DNA of 20,046 bases from contig CAZYCQ010000057.1 in assembly GCA_964645535.1 (NCBI GenBank), forward strand, positions 1 through 20,046. Direction: 5' to 3'. This document shows positions 1-9,010 of the stretch, piece after piece. The position numbers and the translations under genes are program-made. Within the stretch, counting starts at the first letter, position 1; each line of letters begins with the position of its first letter. The notes under the pieces are model-generated. The model was not told where the DNA came from. It searched no databases and saw nothing but the letters and a program-made list of their open reading frames with translations. This DNA comes from an uncultured archaeon (GTDB taxonomy: Archaea; Asgardarchaeota; Heimdallarchaeia; Heimdallarchaeales; Kariarchaeaceae).

Positions 1-442
1 GGGTTACCTGCATTTTAGGGTGATGCCGCCCCAAAATGACCTTTCAGAAGGCATTGAGGGAATGGCTTGATGAGAAAATTCGGGTATCCGAATTCTGCCA
101 CATGCCCGTTGTCTGTCAAAATGTAGATCAATTTCACGATGGGGTCGAGGGTCGGATTTGTCTTGTTTGCAAAATGAAGACATGAAGAGGTTTTTCCCAG
201 GATTTTCCCATTTGCAGGATTCTGGTGTGCTTTTTATTTGATGGTCGAAGGGGAGAATATGCTTGCAACCACTTGCATAACCATGATATCAACACTCATT
301 TCTTTGGATCTTTTGATCAGCTCGGTTGTAGGCACTGTAATTCTTATGGTTGTCGGCTATCCAAAATATGCACATTATAAGGACCCAGGCAATGACACAC
401 CTTCCTGATCATGGGATGAAACGGACTTTGTTTGTAATTTCC

Positions 443-2422
443 TTAGAATCCTAGCCACAATAGCCAATAATTGGGGAACAGGATGAAGAACCATATCCAT
501 TGAGTCAAGAAGATGATGGAACCATGGATCCAAGGGTTTGTCCCAAAGTCAAGCAAATAATGTAGGTAGCTGATGGAAACGGCCAAAACAAGAGAATAGG
601 CAAGATAGAATATGGCAGCCTCTGCATGGATGAAGTAAAGCCGGAGCATGAGCGCGGGAATGAAACCATTGGATGAAAGAAGGAGAAACAGCAGATTGGG
701 GACTGAAATCCCTACAAGGATGGCAAAGATTGAATTCCATCGGATCTTTTTATCATCCGAAACCCTACGGGGTTGGAGTAAAGAAGGCAAATAGGGGAAC
801 CGGCCTTGGATGATGGCGGTAATGGCAGGGATAATGGGAAGATTGAAGGCAAGGAGAAAAGTGAATTTGAAATCAGGAAAACTGTTTGAAACTGGACCTT
901 CAGCAGTATAGAAGTTAAAAAGAGCAGTTCCATTGAAAGTTCCTTGAACCTGGAGAAGGTCGCCCTTCTTGAGGAAGAGTTGATGAGTTGCTCTGGTATG
1001 TGGAAGGGTTCGGTTGTAGGATTGGGAAAGAATCAGTTTTCCTTCGACGAGATATTTGATTTCTGCCAAAATACGGTTGTTTGTTGAATTGAATTCCCAA
1101 GTGAAATGATAACGGTCGGTATGGTTCACACGGATGGTGAAGTCAAAATGGTTGGGAACAGGTTGGTCTTGAATGATGAGGTTGGATTTGGGATAGGAGT
1201 TACCGAAACCGAACATTATGGAGGCCATTAACAGATAGGAGACAAGAAACACCGGAATCACCAAAATCAGGGTTCTAGTGAAAAGGACTGTGTTTTCTCG
1301 TTCACTACGTTCAAAGGATGGAAGATCACCTATTGTTAACTTAGGGATAGTGATTTTTTCGAATCGTTCCTTGATTTGACTCGCCAACTTTCTTGCCTTT
1401 TTTCTTGAGGTAAAGATAGTGAAGCCGAAATATGGTTTTGCAAGTGCGTTTGCTCTTGGATGGGTAAATGGTGTCCAATCGACCACCTCTCCTGTAGCAA
1501 GCCTATATGATTTTCTTTCTGGGTCTTGGTGGGAAAGGTCAGGGAATTCCTTTCTAAAGGTAGTGAAGAGATTTATCTCATCAAGTTGTCGAGGAGTAGG
1601 TCCTTCAGCAGGTTTATAGACAAAGCGTATGGTGGAGAGACGTCCACCTTTTGTCATTGTATGAGCCATAATGAGAATCAGCATAATGCCAGGAAAGAGA
1701 ATGTAGTTGATTGGGGAAGGAAAATCGAATAGGACTGGAAAAGAGACCCAAATGGCAAGAAAAACATATGTTCCTATATTGATATAGTCAAAAATCGTTT
1801 TTTTCAACAGATTTCTGAAATCAGGAGTATTGGATATGATAGTGCCATCGAGTATCCAATGTTCATCGTGTTGTGTTTCAGGGGTTTTGAAAGAGATTGC
1901 GCCTTGTCCGGTGTCAAAGCTGAATGCCTTAGCACCTTTGTCAAAGTATGTGGGAAGGATAGAATAAAGTGAGACGATCCGGTAATAAGAGGCAATGAGT
2001 CTTATGAGAATTCCATCATCAAGTGTAGTTATTTGAAAGTTGTTAAACCCCTGAAACCTGAAAAATTTCTCAATAAGAGGTTCTAGCTGTTTCCCAACAC
2101 CTTTTGCCTTGACCACAAGTTCACCTTGGTACAGAATGCGAAAAGGCAGGTATGCCGTTAGAAACAGCAGTGGAATCATTATCAACATTGCAAAGAGAAA
2201 AAGCAGATTGGTTGGAGGTATGATCAAAAAACTGAGAAACAAAATTGCCAAGGAGATAAAGATTGAGACGAGACAGACAAATACATCAATTAATTGGATT
2301 TTTTTGAAAGAATGATTCAATTCATAGGAGAATTCAACGTTTGGGTCAAGAATGATGGGATAAATCTGTCTCATGACATCATCAATTTGGTTGCGATGTT
2401 CTTTTTCATAATTTTTGAACAC
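443..2422 (-). CDS. Hypothetical multi-pass membrane protein (659 aa)
   Basis: Long ORF with GTG start and a TATA-like CTTTTATC ~25 nt upstream. About 9 hydrophobic segments: TM pair, soluble domain, TM pair, soluble domain, TM, beta-rich domain with N-x-S/T sequons (NHT, NST, NRT, NGT), then 4 TMs. No family motif recognised. Confidence 0.85.
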   Translation of the reverse strand: MFKNYEKEHRNQIDDVMRQIYPIILDPNVEFSYELNHSFKKIQLIDVFVCLVSIFISLAILFLSFLIIPPTNLLFLFAMLIMIPLLFLTAYLPFRILYQGELVVKAKGVGKQLEPLIEKFFRFQGFNNFQITTLDDGILIRLIASYYRIVSLYSILPTYFDKGAKAFSFDTGQGAISFKTPETQHDEHWILDGTIISNTPDFRNLLKKTIFDYINIGTYVFLAIWVSFPVLFDFPSPINYILFPGIMLILIMAHTMTKGGRLSTIRFVYKPAEGPTPRQLDEINLFTTFRKEFPDLSHQDPERKSYRLATGEVVDWTPFTHPRANALAKPYFGFTIFTSRKKARKLASQIKERFEKITIPKLTIGDLPSFERSERENTVLFTRTLILVIPVFLVSYLLMASIMFGFGNSYPKSNLIIQDQPVPNHFDFTIRVNHTDRYHFTWEFNSTNNRILAEIKYLVEGKLILSQSYNRTLPHTRATHQLFLKKGDLLQVQGTFNGTALFNFYTAEGPVSNSFPDFKFTFLLAFNLPIIPAITAIIQGRFPYLPSLLQPRRVSDDKKIRWNSIFAILVGISVPNLLFLLLSSNGFIPALMLRLYFIHAEAAIFYLAYSLVLAVSISYLHYLLDFGTNPWIHGSIIFLTQWIWFFILFPNYWLLWLGF

Positions 2423-2470
2423 AATTTTGCCAAGAAGAATACCTGATAAAAGGGTTATCCCAATATGTTG

Positions 2471-3463
2471 TCAGAAAGCAAGGAGAATCAAGATGAGGGT
2501 AAGGTAGTTGATGAGTGTTCGGATGGTCTTGAGATTTGCGTCAGAGATTCTTCCCTTCAAGGTAAGCGGAACTAGTTTGCCTCCATCAAAAAACGCCATA
2601 GGGAAGAGATTCAGGCCAATCAGCAATAAATTACTTCCTACAAGATATTTTGCGAATTGAAGTGAACCTAACATCAATTGCGAGAAAATCCCGAAAATGA
2701 GAAGAAAGAGGTTTCCGGTAATTCCTGCGGCGAGGACATTTCTAAGGATTTTACGTTTGTTTTCATCTTCCACATCAAATGGATCATTTTCTTTGGAGGA
2801 GACAGGTTTGGTCTTTTCCATTTCTAACAGCCTTTTCCGGAGGTATTCCTTTTCTGGATCCTCATACAGCGGCACCGGTTGAGGTTGTTCATCAATCTGG
2901 TCCTTTTTGATGAATTCGTCATAGTCAATCTGGACATAGGCAGCATAAAGAATGTTTGGAATGACAAGAGCCCCGACAGTTTTGACCTTTATTCCATTTG
3001 CAGTTGCCACAATGCCATGCAACAGTTCATGAAGAAAGAAGGCAAGAAGAACGGCCATCCAGAATCCCACTGAATCAAAATCGATGAGGCTGACATTCTG
3101 AACTAGGACAAATAAGGAACGCAGTAATATTCTGAAGGCATCGACAAGTATCATTAGAACAATTGCCAAGATTGCAGTTGGGAGAAAAAGGACACTTGCC
3201 CAGGAAATGGGTTCTCGAGTTATGTTCATCCATTTTGTGAGGGGTTGTTGAAGGGCATGTCCGAGAAATGCAATTGAGGAGTTGAAATTGGTCGTACTGA
3301 CACCGAACGGGAAGATTTTGAAGCCCAGGATCCACTTATCCTTGATGACAAAATAGATGCCAATGACGATTTGAATGCCCCAAAGGAAATAGATGAGATT
3401 GTCTTGGACAAATGAGATAAGGAAGAAGAAAGGAAACACATGTTCCACAACAGTTTCGGGCAA
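2471..3463 (-). CDS. Site-2 protease (peptidase M50) intramembrane zinc metalloprotease
   Basis: HELLH (HExxH) in a TM segment, followed by G-x-x-V...G...AAYV, AAG-x-x-x-N and NLFPMAFFDGG (NxxPxxxxDG). The true start may be the GTG at 3439 given TATA spacing. Confidence 0.92.
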   Translation of the reverse strand: MPETVVEHVFPFFFLISFVQDNLIYFLWGIQIVIGIYFVIKDKWILGFKIFPFGVSTTNFNSSIAFLGHALQQPLTKWMNITREPISWASVLFLPTAILAIVLMILVDAFRILLRSLFVLVQNVSLIDFDSVGFWMAVLLAFFLHELLHGIVATANGIKVKTVGALVIPNILYAAYVQIDYDEFIKKDQIDEQPQPVPLYEDPEKEYLRKRLLEMEKTKPVSSKENDPFDVEDENKRKILRNVLAAGITGNLFLLIFGIFSQLMLGSLQFAKYLVGSNLLLIGLNLFPMAFFDGGKLVPLTLKGRISDANLKTIRTLINYLTLILILLAF

Positions 3464-3547
3464 TAAAAGGCTTATTCACAGAAGAGAGGAAAGACAAACT
3501 TCAGAGTTGGTAAAAGGGTTAATAAAGCAATGCGTTTTTTTTAATTC

Positions 3548-4464
3548 ATGCAAGCAGTTTTAGGTTGCACGGGAGGCGCAGGTAGCGCGATCCTTCGATT
3601 TCTCAAGGAGAGGGAAGAAGAGAAGTAGGAATATCTAGATCTGGAATTTCCGAGGATTGGTTTGAAGGAAGGTCAGCAGATGTTCTGGGATATTCGTCGC
3701 TTAAAGATGCAATCGATGGTGCGGATATTGTTTACAATTGCGTGAATTTCAGATATGACCAATGGTTCAATTACCCTCCCCAAGCGACAGAGAACGTGAT
3801 CAAGGCATGTTCGGAAGTTGGTGCCCAGTTGGTCTTTATTGACAATCTGTACATGTATGATCCAAACCACATTGGAAACCTTCATGAGGAGGTTCCAGTA
3901 TCACCAAAAACCCGCAAGGGAAGGTTAAGGGCAGAAATTGCATCAAGATACCTTAAAGCCCATCAAGGAGGAGAATGCGAAATTTTGATCCTTAGAGGGT
4001 CTGATTTCTATGGACCAGGGATTAGAAATGCCGTGATGGGGATTGAGGTAATTGAAAACCTGCAAAAGGGAAAAAAGCCATATCTTTTGGGTAATCCAGA
4101 TGTACTTCATAGTTTCACGTTTATTGATGATCTTGCGAAAGCAGCAGTCATCCTTGGGGAAAAGAAAAATGCATACGGGGAAGTTTGGCACGCTCCAACG
4201 GCTCCAGCAATTTCACAGAAGGAATTTTTGACCTTATTTGCCAATGAACTGGGGGTTGAACCTCGTTATCAGCCCGCAAAGGGATGGATGCTCTGGCTTC
4301 TTGGACTTTTCAATCCAGTGATCCGAGAGGTAAGGGAGATGACCTATCAATTTGAATCCGATTTCATCATTAATGATGATAAGATCAGAACACTGGGATT
4401 GACAGCAACTCCACCTAAAGAAGGTATTCACCAGACAATTGAATGGTTCAAACAGCAGCAATGA
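3548..4464 (+). pseudogene. NAD(P)-dependent epimerase/dehydratase (atypical SDR), split by a frameshift near 3605-3628
   Basis: ATG 3548 gives MQAVLGCTGGAGSAILRFLKEREEEK* (GxxGxxG; TAG at 3626-3628). The -1 frame continues VGISRSG...ADVL...DAIDGADIVYNCVNFRY into the tracked ORF 3742..4464 (DNLYMY, RGSDFYGP, HSFTFIDD). Joined length is about 305 aa. Confidence 0.85.
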
Positions 4465-4542
4465 AACTTTGTATCGATAGGAATTTTGTCAATTGAGGTA
4501 AATGGGAATGATGAAAAAGTTCCAAATCGAACCGAATAATTT

Positions 4543-4557
4543 TTGAACATTGTTCAA
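4543..4557. promoter_or_regulatory. Perfect 7-1-7 inverted repeat TTGAACA-T-TGTTCAA, candidate operator
   Basis: Read directly. It overlaps the TATA-like TTTTTGAA and ends 11 nt before ATG 4569. Confidence 0.55.
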
Positions 4558-4568
4558 TTATATTGTTT

Positions 4569-7500
4569 ATGTCATCAAAGTTGGTAAAATGGAAAAATGC
4601 GCAATTACTGGTGCTGATTCTTGTTTTATTGATAAATTTGCAAGCCAAGGGGGGATCAAAATTAGTAAGAAATGATAACTTTGAACTGGGAACAGCAGAA
4701 ACAATTTCCATGGAGAGAACGCCATTAGTTTCTGATGGAACACCGCGAACGGATCGGGAAAGGGGAATACACCAATTTCAGGGAACTCAAAATCAAGATC
4801 CATTGATTCTCCATAACGAATATGTGAATGGACTGATTTCTTCCATATGGGGAAATAATTTCAATGATCTTTCATCATATACAGAAGTCTCAGGTCAGAC
4901 AGTATTCAATGATCTGACCAGTTTCGCAACAACATATGCAAGTTCCGGGGATGGATCCGCAGGAAACCCATACATTTTCCAAGGACTGTTCATCAACGCT
5001 TCAGTAGCTGAAATGTATTTTGACTCAATCAGCGACAATTTCGTATTGCGAGATTCCGTTGTTTTGGGAAAAATGACCTTGGATGCAGCCAATGCCATGC
5101 GCATTGAGAATACAGTATTTTTTTCATCATCCTATGCCCTTCGTTTGCTTGGAATGGAGAACTTGGTAATTGCCGGAAACACTTTTGTTGCCAATGGCAC
5201 GACTTATGCCCTATCCATTTCTGGAAGCAGAAACTTGGAGATCAGAGACAATACTGTCATAGTCGGGGAATCTGGAGGAGGGATTATATTTACTTCGGGC
5301 ACTTTTAGCATCACGAATGTGAATATAACCCAAAATCAATTTCAGACTCAGAAAACTGCAATATTTGGAACATCCGGATTGGGAGGCAGTAACAGGATTA
5401 TTGGAAATTATTTCAATTCTTCAAGTACGTCAACATTTATCACTTTGATTCCCAAAGGAGATCTTGAATTTAAAGACAATACAGCAATAGTTCATTATAC
5501 ACCCCATCAGTGGGATGGTGCCATTTTTTTCAGTGGCATAGGGGGGTCTTCTGGAGATGTGTGGACCATCAGAAACAATACAGTGTCTGGTCTGGAGGAT
5601 GGATTGTCATTTTACAGTCCTGGAATACTTGAGCTGAAAAACAATACAATCAGGGAGAGTCTGCATGGTGTGAAGTTCTATCAGGTGGACGATCAGCGTA
5701 CAATTGATGCAAATGTCATTGAGAATAGCCAAATCGGTTTTTATGTAAGAGTTTCAACAAATACGACGATCAATGGAACCATTATGAGAGGTGTCGATTT
5801 TGGTGCCATTTTTGAATTGGCTACTTCGAATGTGCTGAATAATACTCGGATTGAAGATTTCAATTGGGTTTTGCATGATCTGACAGACAACAATCCGCCC
5901 AACCAAGCAATTAACACAGAGGAATTGGGGGCAAGATCCAATGGATTGGACGCCCAGAATGACAGTGAATTTGATGATTGGGCAACTACCAATGGAATTC
6001 AGGGATCTGGTACTCCAGAAGACCCTTTTGTATTGGAGGGATTGGTGATTACAGGAGGATTGGGGTTAGGAATTGTCACCAATTACACATTGAAGCTGAA
6101 AGATGTAATGATAGAATCAGTCTACAATGATTTGATTAAACCTTTGAACATAGTTTCAGGATCTGGGGTAATTCTAGAGAATGTGACAATTACGGAGGCA
6201 ACCAACGGGATCTATTTGGAGACAACGGGATTCCTTAGAATGCAAAACATAACCATTTCCAAGCTAATGGACAGTTCAACCATCAAGTTTGCGAAATCGG
6301 TATACATTGAAGGGATGAAGTATACGGAATCTGAAAATGGACTTGTGTTGTCGTTTCTGTCAGATGTCATTATGACTTCATTTGAGTTTAGAGACAATGG
6401 AAACAAGCACCTATTCATTGAAGGGGCAAATAACCTTACTTTATCGGATGGTGAAATCACAGGAGGTGGTGATGCCTTATTCATTATTGGATCAGATACG
6501 GTAACCGTTGAACGAACCCTCATCAATTCAACAAATACGCCAATGTTTGTTTCGGAATCTTCCAATGTCGTATTTCGGGAGAATTACGTTACTTTAACCG
6601 AGAACCGAGGAACATTTGAATATATTGATAACGTAAATATTACGGGAAACATCTTTATCGACAATAAAGACAGTGTGTTCTATGCAGAATTTACATATCT
6701 GAACACCCCCTTCTCGGCTTGGAAAAATTATTTCATCAACAACAGCTGGGTTACCGGAAATGATCACTTTATCCTCTCTGATGACATTATCCTTACAGTA
6801 GGGGGAATAGGGAACTATTGGAGCGATCTTCCGGATGGAGCGACCACCTATACCATTCAGGGATATGTTGACACTGCACCAATAAGACCCAAAGTAGACC
6901 CTCTTGAGGAAACCCATGAATATGCCAGTTCTATTGCAATAGATGTCTCAACTACATTTCCAGTTCCTCTTGCATCTTGGTCGGTATATCAAAATGGTTC
7001 CGTCATTCAGAATGGAGCATGGAATGGAAATGCATTCCAATTCTCCTTTAATCCTACTGGCTTAGGGATCTTTACCTTTGAAATAGGAGTAAGGGACAAA
7101 TATGGAGTGAATGGTGAGAATACCACCCTGAAAATAACAGTAATTGACAGTATCGCGCCTGTGATCATACCTGTTGACGATATTGTGTTTCAGGAAGGAG
7201 AGGCGGGTCAGGCAATCATATGGAGGGTAAGTGATCTGTTTCCGGACACCTATGAAATCTATCAGAACAATAGTTTAGTGCAATCGGGCACGTGGAATTC
7301 ACCAACCAACATAACCGTTGATTTAACAGGGCTTGAGGTGGGGAGTTACAACTTTTCCATCCTAGTATATGACACAAGCGGCAATGTTGCCAGAGATGAG
7401 GTAATTGTCCAAGTTCAATCATTCTCGTCGACCGATACTTCAGAGAGTTCTTCAGAAGAGAGCACCTCTTCATCAGGGACGATATCAACTACACCATCAT

Positions 7501-7643
7501 TCCCGGATGGAGCAGGAGAAAATGGAGGAAACGAAAGAAGGAGCATAAGCACTGGACTATTTCTCCTGATTCTACTGATGCTTGTTGCCAATTCCATCGC
7601 CCTTTACCATGGTGTGAAATCATATTTTGAAGGGAAATATTAA
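4569..7643 (+). CDS. Cell-surface protein with NosD-like right-handed beta-helix repeats, Ig-like domains, Ser/Thr-rich linker and C-terminal TM anchor
   Basis: N-terminal signal-like segment. Two cap motifs (GDGSAGNPYI, GSGTPEDPFV), many I-x-x-N-x-I/F repeats and GNYWSD. Two Ig-like repeats (WSVYQNGSVIQNGAW, YEIYQNNSLVQSGTW), then SSTDTSESSSEESTSSSGT linker and TM GLFLLILLMLVANSIALY. ATG 4569 is preferred over TTG 4563. Confidence 0.9.
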   Translation: MSSKLVKWKNAQLLVLILVLLINLQAKGGSKLVRNDNFELGTAETISMERTPLVSDGTPRTDRERGIHQFQGTQNQDPLILHNEYVNGLISSIWGNNFNDLSSYTEVSGQTVFNDLTSFATTYASSGDGSAGNPYIFQGLFINASVAEMYFDSISDNFVLRDSVVLGKMTLDAANAMRIENTVFFSSSYALRLLGMENLVIAGNTFVANGTTYALSISGSRNLEIRDNTVIVGESGGGIIFTSGTFSITNVNITQNQFQTQKTAIFGTSGLGGSNRIIGNYFNSSSTSTFITLIPKGDLEFKDNTAIVHYTPHQWDGAIFFSGIGGSSGDVWTIRNNTVSGLEDGLSFYSPGILELKNNTIRESLHGVKFYQVDDQRTIDANVIENSQIGFYVRVSTNTTINGTIMRGVDFGAIFELATSNVLNNTRIEDFNWVLHDLTDNNPPNQAINTEELGARSNGLDAQNDSEFDDWATTNGIQGSGTPEDPFVLEGLVITGGLGLGIVTNYTLKLKDVMIESVYNDLIKPLNIVSGSGVILENVTITEATNGIYLETTGFLRMQNITISKLMDSSTIKFAKSVYIEGMKYTESENGLVLSFLSDVIMTSFEFRDNGNKHLFIEGANNLTLSDGEITGGGDALFIIGSDTVTVERTLINSTNTPMFVSESSNVVFRENYVTLTENRGTFEYIDNVNITGNIFIDNKDSVFYAEFTYLNTPFSAWKNYFINNSWVTGNDHFILSDDIILTVGGIGNYWSDLPDGATTYTIQGYVDTAPIRPKVDPLEETHEYASSIAIDVSTTFPVPLASWSVYQNGSVIQNGAWNGNAFQFSFNPTGLGIFTFEIGVRDKYGVNGENTTLKITVIDSIAPVIIPVDDIVFQEGEAGQAIIWRVSDLFPDTYEIYQNNSLVQSGTWNSPTNITVDLTGLEVGSYNFSILVYDTSGNVARDEVIVQVQSFSSTDTSESSSEESTSSSGTISTTPSFPDGAGENGGNERRSISTGLFLLILLMLVANSIALYHGVKSYFEGKY

Positions 7644-7658
7644 GATTTTGAAAAAGTT

Positions 7659-8375
7659 TCAAGAATAGATGATGCTTACAATATTTCCAATGGATTCACT
7701 CAACAGTCCGGCAACGACCGCTATAAAGAAGAATTTCAGACCAGACTTAAGGGGAGAGTGCTTGGCAAGGTAGCCCTTAACAAATCCCAATGAGAAAAGG
7801 GCAGTTGAAGTGGCTACAATTGAACTGTAATAGGCAATTTTCCCAGAAGAGACAAGAAAGGGAACCACTGGGAAGAGGGCTCCAATGACAAAGGCAACGA
7901 ACATGACAACTGCATTCAGGTATGGGTTTTCCTCTTCTACTGAGGGAAGTTCCAATACAGTATCCTTAAAATTTTCAAAGAGAACGGATTTGTTTGTGGA
8001 GATGATCTTGACAACCTTGTATGCTGTCGGTTTATCTAGTCCTTTTTCGACTAACATGTCGAGCAGGCTCTCCTGAGCAAGATAGGGTTCTTTTTCAAAC
8101 ACTTCATATGATTCTTGGATTTCTGCCAACAGGAGGTCTCGTTCAGCTTCAGATGAAAGCAAGGATCCTACGGCCATTGAGATGGCTGCTGCTATTGCGC
8201 CAGTGATGCCAATGATTGCCACAATCAGCCCTTCATTTGGATAGGCACCGTAAATACCGGAAACAAGGCCAAGGATGGAGATCAAGCCATCTTGCATTCC
8301 AAATACAAACTCCCTTGCCCTGCCTTTGATTTCAATTCGTGATTTGACTTTCTCTATTGATGCGAGATCGTTCAA
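7659..8375 (-). CDS. VIT1/CCC1 family Fe2+/Mn2+ transporter
   Basis: REFVFGMQDGL, AAAISMAVGSLLS, acidic cytosolic segment, NP...A...F..GA..P..PF. TTG start with GGAGG 8 nt upstream. Confidence 0.93.
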   Translation of the reverse strand: MNDLASIEKVKSRIEIKGRAREFVFGMQDGLISILGLVSGIYGAYPNEGLIVAIIGITGAIAAAISMAVGSLLSSEAERDLLLAEIQESYEVFEKEPYLAQESLLDMLVEKGLDKPTAYKVVKIISTNKSVLFENFKDTVLELPSVEEENPYLNAVVMFVAFVIGALFPVVPFLVSSGKIAYYSSIVATSTALFSLGFVKGYLAKHSPLKSGLKFFFIAVVAGLLSESIGNIVSIIYS

Positions 8376-8378
8376 GAG

Positions 8379-8882
8379 TTAAGCCTCCTTAAGCGGATCG
8401 TAGTCTGCTGGGCAGAGGGTGCCATGCAATATGGCACGAAGGACACGCATAGTTTCTTCGACTGATCTGCCTATATTCCGTGAATTGATCATTGCAAATT
8501 CGACCTTAAGATCAGGATTGATGATGAAAGTTGCTCTGTGAGCACGGTTATCCGTTGTATCCAGAACTCCGAACTTTTTTGCGAGTTCACCATTTTCATC
8601 AGAGAGGAGAGGATAGTTGATTTTTAATTCTTTGATCCATTCCTTATGGATATCAATGGGGTCTACAGAAATTCCAAAAAGCTTAGTTTGTAAAGTTTGG
8701 AGCTCCTCAAAATGCTTGTTGAAACCAGTCACTTCCGTCGGACAGATGAAACTGAAATCCTCCGGATAAAAGAAAAGGATTGTCCAACATCCATCTAGAT
8801 CTTTTTTTGTATAGTTGCGAACTTCAGCTCCTTTTACACCCGGTAGAGAAAAGGACGGTATTTCCTGATTAATAGTCAGCAT
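8379..8882 (-). CDS. ahpC: Typical 2-Cys peroxiredoxin (AhpC/Prx1 family)
   Basis: FFYPEDFSFICPTE peroxidatic motif, GISVD, YPLLSD, RATFII, IGRSVEE, and LCPADY resolving Cys. ATG at 8882; the track extends to TTG 8885. Confidence 0.92.
   Translation of the reverse strand: MLTINQEIPSFSLPGVKGAEVRNYTKKDLDGCWTILFFYPEDFSFICPTEVTGFNKHFEELQTLQTKLFGISVDPIDIHKEWIKELKINYPLLSDENGELAKKFGVLDTTDNRAHRATFIINPDLKVEFAMINSRNIGRSVEETMRVLRAILHGTLCPADYDPLKEA
8384..8388 (-). promoter_or_regulatory. Shine-Dalgarno GGAGG for the VIT1 gene, embedded in the peroxiredoxin 3' end
   Basis: The minus strand reads AAGGAGGCTTAACTC-TTG. Confidence 0.6.
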
Positions 8883-9010
8883 CAAAAGCCTTGCATTCTC
8901 ATGTTTTGTTAATCTTTCCTAATTTCACAGGAATAAAGTATAGTGATTCACCATGTCTTTGATTTGAGAAGAAGATTTTTGATCCAGAGGCAGACAGTTT
9001 TTCATTACAC

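Noticed and set aside
36-380. Possible selenocysteine readthrough of TGA 183-185 giving a 114-aa Cys/His-rich protein
   Set aside because: The TGA is not in a CxxU/UxxC or other known selenoprotein context, I recognised no SECIS, and the product resembles no known family.
3742-4464. 240-aa ORF as a complete gene
   Set aside because: It lacks the Rossmann GxxGxxG motif, which lies upstream in another frame. The GTG is an internal Val.
7425-7500. Low-complexity TCA/TCT-rich stretch as a DNA repeat
   Set aside because: It is explained by the Ser/Thr/Glu linker of the surface protein, with no exact periodicity.
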